This document shows, one piece after another, positions 24,211 through 34,561 of a DNA stretch of 37,153 bases. Every line of letters begins with the position of its first letter. Positions within the stretch are counted from its first letter, which is position 1. The notes below the pieces were generated by a model. That model saw only the letters and a program-made list of their open reading frames with translations. It did no database searches and was not told the origin of the DNA. Source of the stretch: Neoconidiobolus thromboides FSU 785 (taxonomy: Eukaryota; Fungi; Entomophthoromycota); the NCBI GenBank assembly GCA_025603075.1, contig MU626447.1, forward strand, positions 1-37,153. The letters run 5' to 3'. The translations under genes were made by a program, and so were the position numbers.

Positions 24211-27136
24211 ATGTCATCTAATCAAGAAACCGCTCAACCTTCTGAGTCTACACTCGCTCCTGAGCCTATTACCATCTCTGAAGACTTAGAACAAACCCTA
24301 CCACAGGAACCTATTGTTGAAGCAGTAGAAAAAGAGTCAGAAGCTAAAGAAGCGCTAACTGAAGAAGCACCAGTTGAAGAAACCCAAGCTGAAGCCAAAC
24401 CAGAAGAAAAGGTAGAGCCTTCCATTATAGAAGAAGGTATTGTACATAAAAGGGGTCCTCTCCCTCTTCGTTTATGGCAGAAACGTATAATGACTTTTAC
24501 TGTTAGCAAGCAGAATTTTTCATTATATGATCTTCGTATTGTATATCGTAAAAACGTCAAGAAATCTCAAGCTCCTAAAGAAGAGTTTGAGAAGATTAAC
24601 AAACTCCTTTTTGAAACTATTGCTACCGCCACTGTAAACGCTAGTGATATTATTGTTTATTATAAACCAAATGTCAAAGATATTCCTCAAGGTTTAATCA
24701 ACCTTAAGCAAGTTCAATCTATAGAAGCAGCCCCAAAAGTCAAACCATTTGCTTTTTTGGTTAAAACTGAAGCCCGTGACTATATATTTAATGCACCTAA
24801 CAAGAAAGAGTTGGATTCTTGGATTCATACTATTTCTTCTAAGCTTGATAATGAAATTCCTGACTACTCTGATACCCAAGGTTATAAGTTCAGTTATGAG
24901 CATCTTGGTAAGTATATATTTTAAGTTAAGTTAAACTAATATATCTAATAATACTTTAGTTAACCGTAAAGGATTTACACCACCTGCTGCCTCAAACAAT
25001 CAAGATGAAGAAGTATTCTCTGCTTCTGAAGCCGAATTTGTAGGTGATGAAGTTGTACAAAAATCTAGCGAGGAGCCAGCACAGCCAGAGCAGGCTAATG
25101 CTGAGCCTCAACCCATCGCTACAGCTACTGAAGGATCTCAGCCTTCTGGAAAATCTTTCCTCAATGAAGTATTAGGAATCTTCTACCAAAAGAGTTCTGA
25201 GCATGATGCTGCCAATGGTGCTAAAGTAAATCCAGAAGCTGAGCCTAAAGTTGAAGAGGTAGTTGCAAAATCTGAAGCTGAATCCGCTCCCGTCACTGAA
25301 AATACTGAGGAAATAGCAGCTGAGAATGTTGAAGCTAAACCTGAAGCTGAAGCAGTAGTCGAATCAAATTCTAATCCGGTTGACCAAACTCCTAAGTCTC
25401 CTCGTACAAAGACATTCTCTTTCTCTGGTTTCCAAGGAAGTAAGTTCTTGTCCCTTTTCGGAAAATCCAAAGAAGAGCAAAAAGAAGAATCCAAAGTTGA
25501 ACCTGCTGCTGAAAATGCTGAACAAGAACCCGAAACAAAAGAGATTGTACCAGAAGTTGAGGTTAAACAAGAAACTGCTGAAACCGCAGAAAACACTGAA
25601 GCTCCAGTTGAAGCTGCCCAAGAAACTCCAGCTCATATAGAAGAGGAAGCCAGTGCTGCCGCTGCTCCAGCTGCAGAAGAAACCAAAGGAAAACCTGCCA
25701 ACTTTTTGAGCCGTGTATTTTCTTTAGCTAAACCTAAGAACGCAAATGCTGGCAAACCTGAAGAAGCCGCCGGAGCCAAATCTGAAGAAGCACCTAAAGA
25801 AGTCGAAACTGAAGCCCCTGTTGCTACTGAAGAAGCTCAAGTGGAAGCTATTCCAGAAGCTATTCCAGAAGCTATTCCAGAGACTGCTGAAACTGAAGAG
25901 ACTAAAGTCGAAACTGAAGAAATAGCTGCATCTGCACAACCTGAAGTTGTTGAATCTGTTGCTGAAAAGAAAGGAAACTTTTTTTCAAGAATCTTATCAA
26001 AGCGTAAACCTAATGGCGCTGCTCCAGCTCTAGTTGATGAAGTAAAGGAAACACCTATTCCAGAAGCTACTGAAGAAATTAGCGAACCTATCCCAGAAAT
26101 ACAAGCTACTGAGGAAAATAAAGAGGATTTACCTGAAATTGAGCCAGAAGCTAAAGAAGTAGTTGAAGAAACAATTGTCATTGCCGCTTCTGAACCGGTA
26201 CCAGAACTTGAACCAAAGACTGTTGAGGAAGTTCCTGCCATTGAAGCTCTTACTGAAGCACCTGTTGAAAGCAAACCAGAGGAGGTTGCTGAAGTAAAAG
26301 AAGAGGAAGTAGCCTTACCTGAAGCAGTTGAAAAAGTTGAAGCTCCTGTTTCAGAACTTCAAGAAGATACACGCCCATTTTTAGTCCGTGTTTTATCTGG
26401 AAAGCGCAAAGAAAAGCCAGTTCCAGAAACCAAGGAACCTGAAGTAACAGGGGAAGTACCAGTTGAAGTTGTTCCTGTAGAGGAAGTTAGAGAAGTTGAA
26501 GAGCCTGTTGCTGCTGAACCAATTAAAGAGGTTGAAGCTGAAGCCGAAGCCGAAGCTGCCTCAGCTACTGCTCAAGAAGCTACTCCAGCCCGTCAAGCTT
26601 CCTTAATTGCACGTATTGGAGGTTATGCTTACTCTGCAGTTTCGCCCACCTCTGGTGCTATCCCAGAAGAGTTAAATGAAGAAATCTCTGAACATTATAA
26701 AGCTCTTATTGAAGAAGTCGAAGCCGAACATTACGGATTTGTCTTTAAGCAATCTTACCTCTTACATTCTAATAATCACCGCTTTGCAATCCTTGGTAAA
26801 GAGGGTTTGTTTGTTTATTACCACGATGCCCAAGCCCCATCTGAAGGTAAAAAGATTGTAATCAACGATTCTGTCACTATATTGCCATATGGTGAAAATG
26901 CTTTCATCATCAAAACATCTAGCCAAAGCTATACTTTCTCCGCCCATACCGCTGAAGATGCTGAGAAATGGATCAAAGCACTTTCTAAGTTTGGAAAACA
27001 AGCTGATGTCGAAGTTGTTCCAGAAATTCAACCTGAAGTAGTTGCTGCAGTAACTGCTGAAGAAGAAGCACCAATTACGATTGCTACTGAAGAAGTTGCT
27101 ACTACCGAAGAATCCAAAGTCACTACTGAAGCCTAA
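24211..27136 (+). CDS. PH-domain protein, paralog 1 (~957 aa): N-terminal PH with insertion (Meu6/PH_6-like), Glu/Ala/Pro-rich disordered region, C-terminal PH; exons 24211-24907 and 24960-27136
   Basis: N-PH: EEGIVHKRG...LWQKRIMTF...PQGLINLKQV...AFLVKTEARDYIFNAPNKKELDSWIHTI. A 52-bp phase-1 intron; I translated exon 2 and it is open from 24960 into ORF 25448-27136. C-PH: GFVFKQSYLLHSNNHRFAIL...AFIIKTSSQSYTFSAHTAEDAEKWIKAL. Confidence 0.88.
25844..25879 (+). repeat. Coding 12-bp tandem repeat x3, (EAIP)3
   Basis: GAAGCTATTCCA, three exact copies. Confidence 0.85.
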
Positions 27137-27365
27137 TTTAGTTTGTTAATTCGATCAACCAGTTGATGTTTGGTTTTTAATTCATATCATCTTGATATTT
27201 TATTCTTATTTACCTCTTAATATTATATTCATCATTTTAATAAAGCTAATTACAATATATATATTTTGGAAATGGAGTTATCTATAGTTTTTTATAATAT
27301 GACTAATTAAAATTGGAGAGTTTTTAGGATTTAAGTTGAGATTTTGCGAAATTCCTTCACAATAT

Positions 27366-27462
27366 GGGGATGTATTTTTGTATTTGAGAATTTACTAATA
27401 ATTTTTCTATTCAAATAGCGCTTAAAAGATGGAAAAAATAATGAAGCCAAAAAAACCTCCCC
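27366..27462 (+). mobile_element. MITE-like element copy 6 (97 bp)
   Basis: GGGGATGTATTTTT...AAAAAAACCTCCCC. ATAT at 27362-27365 and 27463-27466. Confidence 0.87.
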
Positions 27463-27921
27463 ATATATAAGCTAACTGAATATTATAGGTTTTAATCAGT
27501 TAAATTTTTAAAATAATGTTTTTAAGATATTTAAAAATTAACAACTTTGAAATTTCATAATAGTTTTGAAACATTACTGATTAACTTTTTAAATTAGAAT
27601 TTATTTTTTAATTTAAATAATACAATAACTTTTGATTAAAATGGCATTAACAGACCATTTTAACTAAATATACTATAATGTATTTTAATATTAAAGAGCT
27701 ATAATTGTAATTCTAAAGTTATAGCATGTTAATTAATATTAATCTTTGTAATATAGAAATAATGCTAGAGAATAACTTTGAACAATCTCTTAAATGGCCA
27801 TAATATTTATAAGAAATTTATAAAATAAGCTAAATAAAAAGGGAAATAGTAAAAGTATGATGAAATCTTAACAAGAATCACATGTGTTTTGTTTCAAGCT
27901 GACAATTACCAAATTAATTTA

Positions 27922-27939
27922 AACCGAGCTTGAAAATAA
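27922..27939 (+). promoter_or_regulatory. Candidate conserved upstream element of PH paralog 2
   Basis: AACCGAGCTTGAAAATAA, matching 24000-24018. Confidence 0.4.
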
Positions 27940-28156
27940 GGCGTATTGAGAGAAATGGTTACTGGTATTCTTAGAAAGCTGTTCATATTAAAAATAAGAA
28001 CACAATTTCTTTATCGAATAATTGTTTCAACAAATAATATTCATTGATTTCGAAAAATTGCATTTTTAGCTTAAATAACTTGTTTTTAAATTGATAACCA
28101 AAAGGCACTAAATCCTACCTTTGTTTTTTTACTTAATAAACTTAATTTACTTTATT

Positions 28157-30302
28157 ATGGCTCTTACTAGCAACAAAGTAGTACCTTTAATTAATACAGA
28201 AAAGTCCGATATTTCCAATAATATTAGCCTTGAAGCTGCTAAAACTGCTGTTGTTCTTGATTCTGCTTTAGAAGGAAGATCTCCAGAAGTACCAGAGAAA
28301 GATGTAACTGAAGCGCCAGCTCTCCCAGTAAAGGATGACCTTAATATTTCAGCGAATCCAAATAGAACAAAAAGTGTAAATATAGCTTCAACGCAGAAGA
28401 TACTGAAATCTAAAGATGGTGCTATCTCTAAACGTGGTGGATTCCCCCTTTACTTGTGGCATAAGCGTTCTATTTCTCTCAGAGCAAGTAACAACCCATA
28501 TTCTCTATATGACCTTCGCACATTTTACAACAGTAAAGTTGTTAATATCCAAGGTTCCAAAGCTGCATTTGAAAAATCAAATGCTCAATTATTTGATACC
28601 ATTGCAACTGCTACTGTCGATCCTTCTAGAGTTATTTCTTATTTCAAACCTGAAGATAATAGCACTCCTCGTAGCTTGATTGATATCAAAGATATTGTAT
28701 CAATTGAACCAAAGTATAATATTAAGAAAGAAGCCTTTAGTATTATTACCAAGGATAAGAATGAGTTAATCTTTAGTACTAGATCCTTAGAAGAATCTAA
28801 GTCTTGGATTAATGAAATAAAAGAAAGGATGTCACATAAGCCTGTTGACCTATCCAAAAATGAGACATACAAAGCTAACTATCAACATTTAGGTAATTTA
28901 TTTATAACTAAACATTTAATAGCTAAAGTTTGTTTTTAGTTGGAAGAAAGGGATTCCAAAACCCAGTAGCAGTTAAAAAGGAAGCTAGCCCAGTACCAAA
29001 GATAGAAGTTGAAGCTATCAAAAACACCAAAATTGAAGTACTAAGCGATGATAAAAACAACCTAGTAGATAATGATGAACAACCTAGTGTTCCAAGAAAG
29101 TCGTTCTCACATGAGGTAATGGCCACTTTAAATTCAAAGCTTGGAAAGGAAGAGCCCAAAAGAGTACCAATTCCAGTTGATGCTGAGCCTCAGTCCAACC
29201 CTGCTAGTGCTAATTCTACTCAAATCGGAACTGGGACGGATCTTAATTTTCAAACGGCCCTTTCTCAACCAGAAGCTGTTGGCTCTACTAACTTGACTAA
29301 TACGGAGATTTTATTAGATGAACAGGCTGCTGTTCAGTCTACAGTTTTTGAGAATGAAGTAGAAACTAAACAGATTCAACAACAGGCTCCTAAATCTATT
29401 GAAGTAGAGGAAATTAAATCAGACATTGATAATCATTCTGGGATTCCGGCTGAGCCTCTAGTCTTAGGAAATGATTCTAATAAGGTTGTTTCAGAACACC
29501 AAGATGCTTCTATTTCTTCATTAAAGGCTAAAGATGAGATTGCTCATAAAGGTAAATAGTTATATATATTTGTATAGAGTTAATTAAAAATATAGAATCC
29601 GAAGTTAAGGAAGAACAATTAACTGATTCACCATTAAAAAATGAACATATCATAGAAACTATCAACAAATCTATCAGTGATGTACAAGGAGATGAACAGC
29701 CTAAGAACGACTCAGATTCTACAACATTACCTAGAACCCCTGAATCAAAAGATTTAGCGATTATTGAAACCGATACTATTGCTATCAATGAATTGGCTAA
29801 AACTGAAGAAATTAAACCTATTCAAGATTCTGTAAAAGAAGTTAGTAGTAATATTGAAGCTATTAAAGAGGAAGCTGTAAGTTCAAATCCAGACGTTGAT
29901 TCTCAGAAATTATCTGAACCTTTAATGGAAATCGAGGTTGTTGGCGATTCAAAAGTTAGTGAATATGCTCCAGAGACCCCAAAAAAGGAAGGTGAGACCC
30001 CAGAAGTCCCAGTAAAACAAGAAGAGGCCCCAGAAGTTCCAGTAAAACAAGAAGAGGCCCCAGAAGTTCCAGTAAAGCAAGAAGAGGCCCCAGAAGTTCC
30101 AGTAAAACAAGAAAAGACTCCAGAAGTTCCAGTAAAACAAGAAAAGGCTCCAGAAGTGCCTAAGAAGGAAGCTAATAACATTAAAGCATTAAAAGACCAT
30201 GAAAATTTAGAGGTAAAAAAGTCACTACCAAATCTAAAGGATGGTAAAGGTTCGGTAAGTTCTAGCAAGAGCAAGAAGAAAAAGAAGGGAAAGAAACATT
30301 AA
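28157..30302 (+). CDS. PH-domain protein, paralog 2 (~684 aa): N-terminal PH, acidic Pro-rich tail, polybasic C-terminus, no second PH; exons 28157-28892, 28940-29551, 29596-30302
   Basis: PH: DGAISKRGGFPLYLWHKR...YSLYDLR...IATATVD...SLIDIKDI...AFSII...FSTRSLEESKSWINEI. Intron 1 is at the same HLG|V position as in paralogs 1 and 3. Both introns (47 and 44 bp) join the ORF-track segments in frame. Ends SKSKKKKKGKKH*. Confidence 0.87.
30000..30167 (+). repeat. Coding 30-bp minisatellite, 5 full copies plus a partial copy, (PEVPVKQE[E/K][A/T])n
   Basis: Unit CCAGAAGTTCCAGTAAAACAAGAAGAGGCC, with 1-3 substitutions between copies. Confidence 0.92.
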
Positions 30303-30567
30303 TGTTGAATGCGGGCATTTCCTAATTTAGTAAATTACTACTTAATATTAAATTTTACCTTAATATCACAACTTAATTCTTCAATTAATATAATAAAAGC
30401 CCCCCCTCCTTAATTTTAAATATTTAAATATTTTAGTTTTAAGTAATTTGATATGTTTAAAGTCTTTAATAAAATATTTTCGCATTTTTGGATCAAAAGT
30501 TAAAAATAATGTTCACATAATTTATGGTTTATTTAGATAGGATACAATTGATAAAAACTGAAAATAT

Positions 30568-33090
30568 TTAATTAACTACAGCGATCTCCTCTACTCCTTC
30601 ATTTAATACTTCTACAGCCTTCTCTGGCTCTTTAGCTTCTTGCTTACTTTCAATCACATCTTGGATAACTTTTACCCAAAGATCCCTCTCCTCAGCAAGT
30701 TTAGTCAAGAAGGTATAGGCTTGCCCTTGAGATTTAATATTGAATGAAAGTTCATCCACAGCATCAATTTGAGAATCCTTATCAAGGATAATTTTCTTAC
30801 CTTCAGATACTACTGCACCTGAACGATAGTATATAAATTCTCCTTCTTTATTTAAGATAGCAAAGCGTTGGTTGTTAGAATGGAGTAAATAGGATTGCTT
30901 AGTAATATATCCAGATCTTATTGCTTCTTTGCTTAACTCTTGATAATGCTCATTCAACTCTTCTTCTTCTTCAATAGCGGCTGGGTATGCTGGAACAACA
31001 GCAGAATAAGCAAGCTCTCCAATACGAGATATCAAGGAGGGTTGACGAGCTGGGCCAGATGGAGCCTCTTCAGTGCTTTGAGGCTCTTTCTCAGTTTCAA
31101 CTTCAGTCACAGCCACAGCCTCAGGTTCTTCAGAAATTACTTCAGCTTCGAATGGAGCTTCAGTATTTTCTACATCAAGTACTGGTGGTTCATCATTATT
31201 TCCCTCTTCTACATTTTCCTCAGCAGGCAAAACGGGCTCTTCTTGAGGTTTAGGAGAAGTTGGTGAGCCAAATAAGGATTTACGCTTTCCTGATAAAACT
31301 CTAACGATAAATGGACGTTTGTCTGTTTCAGGCTCTTCAGGTTCAGAAGTTACTTCAACGGGCTCAGTTACTTCCTCTTTGGTTACCTCTTCTAATGGAG
31401 TTTCAACTGGCTCTTCAGCTTTTGGTGAGGTGGGCTCCATAGTAGACTTGCGTCTTCCAGATAAAATTCTTCTAATAAGGTTAGGTTCTTCCTTTGGTTC
31501 CTCTTTTGGGTCTTCTTTTATTTCAGAAGTTTCAGGCTCTTCAGTTTCTACAGGTGTTTCGGCTTCAGTTTCAACCTCAGGATCAGATTCTTTGCTTACA
31601 GGAACAGGCTCAATGGTTGATTTACGCTTTCCCGATAAAAGTCTAACCAAGAAAGGACGTGCTTCTGGCTCTTCAACTTGAGCTTCTTCAACAATATCTT
31701 CAGTAGCTTCTTCAACAGCTGTTTCAGCAAGTTGTTCTTGTTCAACTTCTAGTTCAGTTTCAATAGGGGCTACTTCAACAGGAGCTACCTCGATTTTTGA
31801 TTTACGCTTCCCAGAGAGAATCCTTGCTAAAAATGGACGTTTATCCTCTTCATCTTCGGTTTCTGGGATTACAGATTCAGGTACGTCTGATTGAGTCTCA
31901 CCTTCTACGGGCGCATCTGCTTGTGCTTCAGCTTCAACTGGGATTTCTGGTGCTATAAGGGCATTTGGAGTCTCAATTTTAGATTTACGGTTTCCAGATA
32001 AAAGTCTAACTAAGAAAGGACGTGTTTCTTCATTAGTAGGCTCTGGTTGAGATTCTGACTCTGGCTGTAAAGTGATTTCTTCTGCCTGTTCTTGAGCTTC
32101 TACTTCATTTACAGGAGAGGATTCTTCTGGATTATGAGCTTGTGCTTGTGTTTCCTCATCAGCTTTAGCTGTAGATTCTTTATTCTCATCTTTTCCAAAC
32201 ATAGCCAAAATACCGGTTTGAATCCCAAGAAGAGAAAATGCCTGAGACTTAGGTCTAGAAGGCTCTTCTTCAGTTGTTTCAGCCTGTGCTTCATGTTGGT
32301 CCTCTGCTTCAGGAACTTCACTTTCTTTAGCCTCTTCGGCTTCTTCGGTCTTTTCGATGTTTTCAACCGTATCGGATGTAGCTTCAGCTGAAGGCACTTC
32401 GTCAGAAACAAACTCTGCTTCAGAAGCAGAAAAAACTTCTTCCTCATTTTGATTACTAGCTGGGGGAAAGAAACCTTTACGATTAACTAAATAAAGTTAG
32501 ATATAATTGTATAAATGTATAAATAATGGTTTACCCAAATGGTCATATGAAAATTTAAAGGCTTCAGTATCATCATAGTCAAACATTTCACTGTTCAATC
32601 TATTTTGTATTGAAGTAACCCATAAATCAGTTTCATCTTTACTTGGAGCAGAAAAGACATAATCCCGATTTTTAGAATGGATGATGAAAGCGTTAGATTT
32701 TATACGAGGTGCTCTTTCGACTGATTTAACATGCTTTAAATTAATTAAGCCCTGGGGCAAGTCCTTTGCATTCACTTTATAATATGCTAAAATAGCGTTA
32801 GTATTGACAGTGGCGGTAGCTAAAGTTTCAAATAGGTCTTTATTAGCCTTTTCAAATTCAGCGCGATTAGACTGGGATTTCTTTACATTTTTCTTATATA
32901 CAGTTCTTAATTGGTAGAGAGAAAACCCTTGATGAGAGCTGGGAAAAGCTAAGTAGCGTTTTTGCCATAATCTTAATGGGAAAGGACCTCGTTTGGATAT
33001 GATACCTTCCTCGATCAAAGTAGGTTCAGGAATGGCCTCGATAGGAGCTTGGTTATGTGCTTCATTTGAAGTATCGTTATTTGATGACAT
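30568..33090 (-). CDS. PH-domain protein, paralog 3 (~824 aa): N-terminal PH, acidic region with five RPFLxRxLSGKRKS motifs, C-terminal PH; exons 33090-32535 and 32486-30568
   Basis: N-PH: EEGIISKRGPFPLRLWQKRYLAF...PQGLINLKHV...DYVFSAPSKDETDLWVTSI. A 48-bp phase-1 intron at HLG|V. C-PH: SGYITKQSYLLHSNNQRFAILNKEG...YTFLTKLAEERDLWVKVI. Closest to paralog 1. Confidence 0.88.
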
Positions 33091-34462
33091 TGTATTTTTA
33101 ACTATAAATAAGAAAATAAACAAAAATTCTAAGGTTTAAAAAAGTTCACGATATTAACAAAAGCTCAACTTTATAGTGATCCCAATATAAACTCCGGGGG
33201 TAGCAATTATGGTTGCTGAAAAGGAGGTGTATAAATGGCGAATTTAATAAAATGGGTTAGAAGTTTCCATTTTAAGATAGTAAATTAAGGCAAGTTACTA
33301 GGAATATTATTTTATTAACCCTTTTTAATTGTCCATTTTATGATATATATTCTATTCACATTCTTTTTTGTTAATTATTTCAGTTGAAAGGAGTTTTTTT
33401 CAACGGTCATTACCTTAATTTTTATTCCTGCTTTTTTTTTCCGGTAAGCTTAATTCTGAGCCACTTTTAAGGGCTATTTATTAAAATTCGATTACTTTTA
33501 TTACAAAAAAGTAATTAAAGTGAACTTTATATTAAAAATATTGGCTTTGGCATAAACCTTTGTAATTATGCACTAGTTTACTTGGATCACTTTGTTATGT
33601 TATTCTTTGTTTTATAAAACTGCTAAGCTATATTTTAAAGGCCTGTTTTTATTACGGTTAGCAATGAAATCTTCTGAAGCAAAATATACAATTAAGCGGT
33701 TACATTTTGTTACATTAAGCTATAAAAAGTATCTTATGCTTATAACCATTCTAAAGCGTGATGTTATTTAAGCATAAATGTTCAAGTCATTCATCAATAT
33801 TTAAGTATATTTGTCATCCATAAACATTTGGTTGTATGGTTTCGTAAACTGCAAAAAATAAAATTCAATTTTTAACTTGATTTTTTAAATTTAAAGTCAA
33901 AGTTCAATTTAGCATTTAAATGTTTGCAATTATAATAAAGTACTTTGAAAAACAAACAGCCCAAAACTTCGGAGTATACTGGTGAGTTATTGTCATTATA
34001 TAATATATGATTTATTTTTTATTTTTTATTTTGCGAACATTCTTTTATTGTGCTTTATTTCATTTAAAAAAGAGTCAATCAACTGTTGTTTATGCTATAA
34101 GATTATTTACTTTTATATTACAGCTAATATTTTGAGTACAAGTTAATACTATAGTTTAAACGAAAAGGAAATAGTATATAAGAGTTGAATAAAAACATAT
34201 ATGAGATTTGTTTTTTATGACATTTACTATTATCAATCAATATCTTATGCTAGTTTATAGACGATTACCTTTGCTTAATAAATATATAAAAAGTACTGTA
34301 ATTTCTAATACTTAATATTTATGTCTCCTATTATAGTTATTTAAAATTTGGGCTCTTGTATCAAATAAATACAGAAAACTGATGGTTGATTATTAAAAAT
34401 TTTGTAATTCAATAATAAATCGTAACAATTATCAAATATTCTTAACTTGAAAATGATTAAAT

Positions 34463-34561
34463 GGGGATGTTTTTTTCTGTTTAAGAATTTTACTAACAAT
34501 TTTTCCACTCAAATAGTGTTTAAAAAAATGGAAAAATAATGAAATCAAAAAAAACACCCCC
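34463..34561 (+). mobile_element. MITE-like element copy 7 (99 bp), AAAT target-site duplication
   Basis: GGGGATGTTTTTTT...AAAAAAAACACCCCC. AAAT at 34459-34462 and 34562-34565. Confidence 0.87.

Noticed and set aside
24234-32447. Many overlapping antisense and alternate-frame ORFs in the PH cluster (Ser/Thr/Phe-rich)
   Set aside because: Shadow frames of GAA/GCT/CCA-rich coding sequence, which is poor in antisense stops; no domain features.
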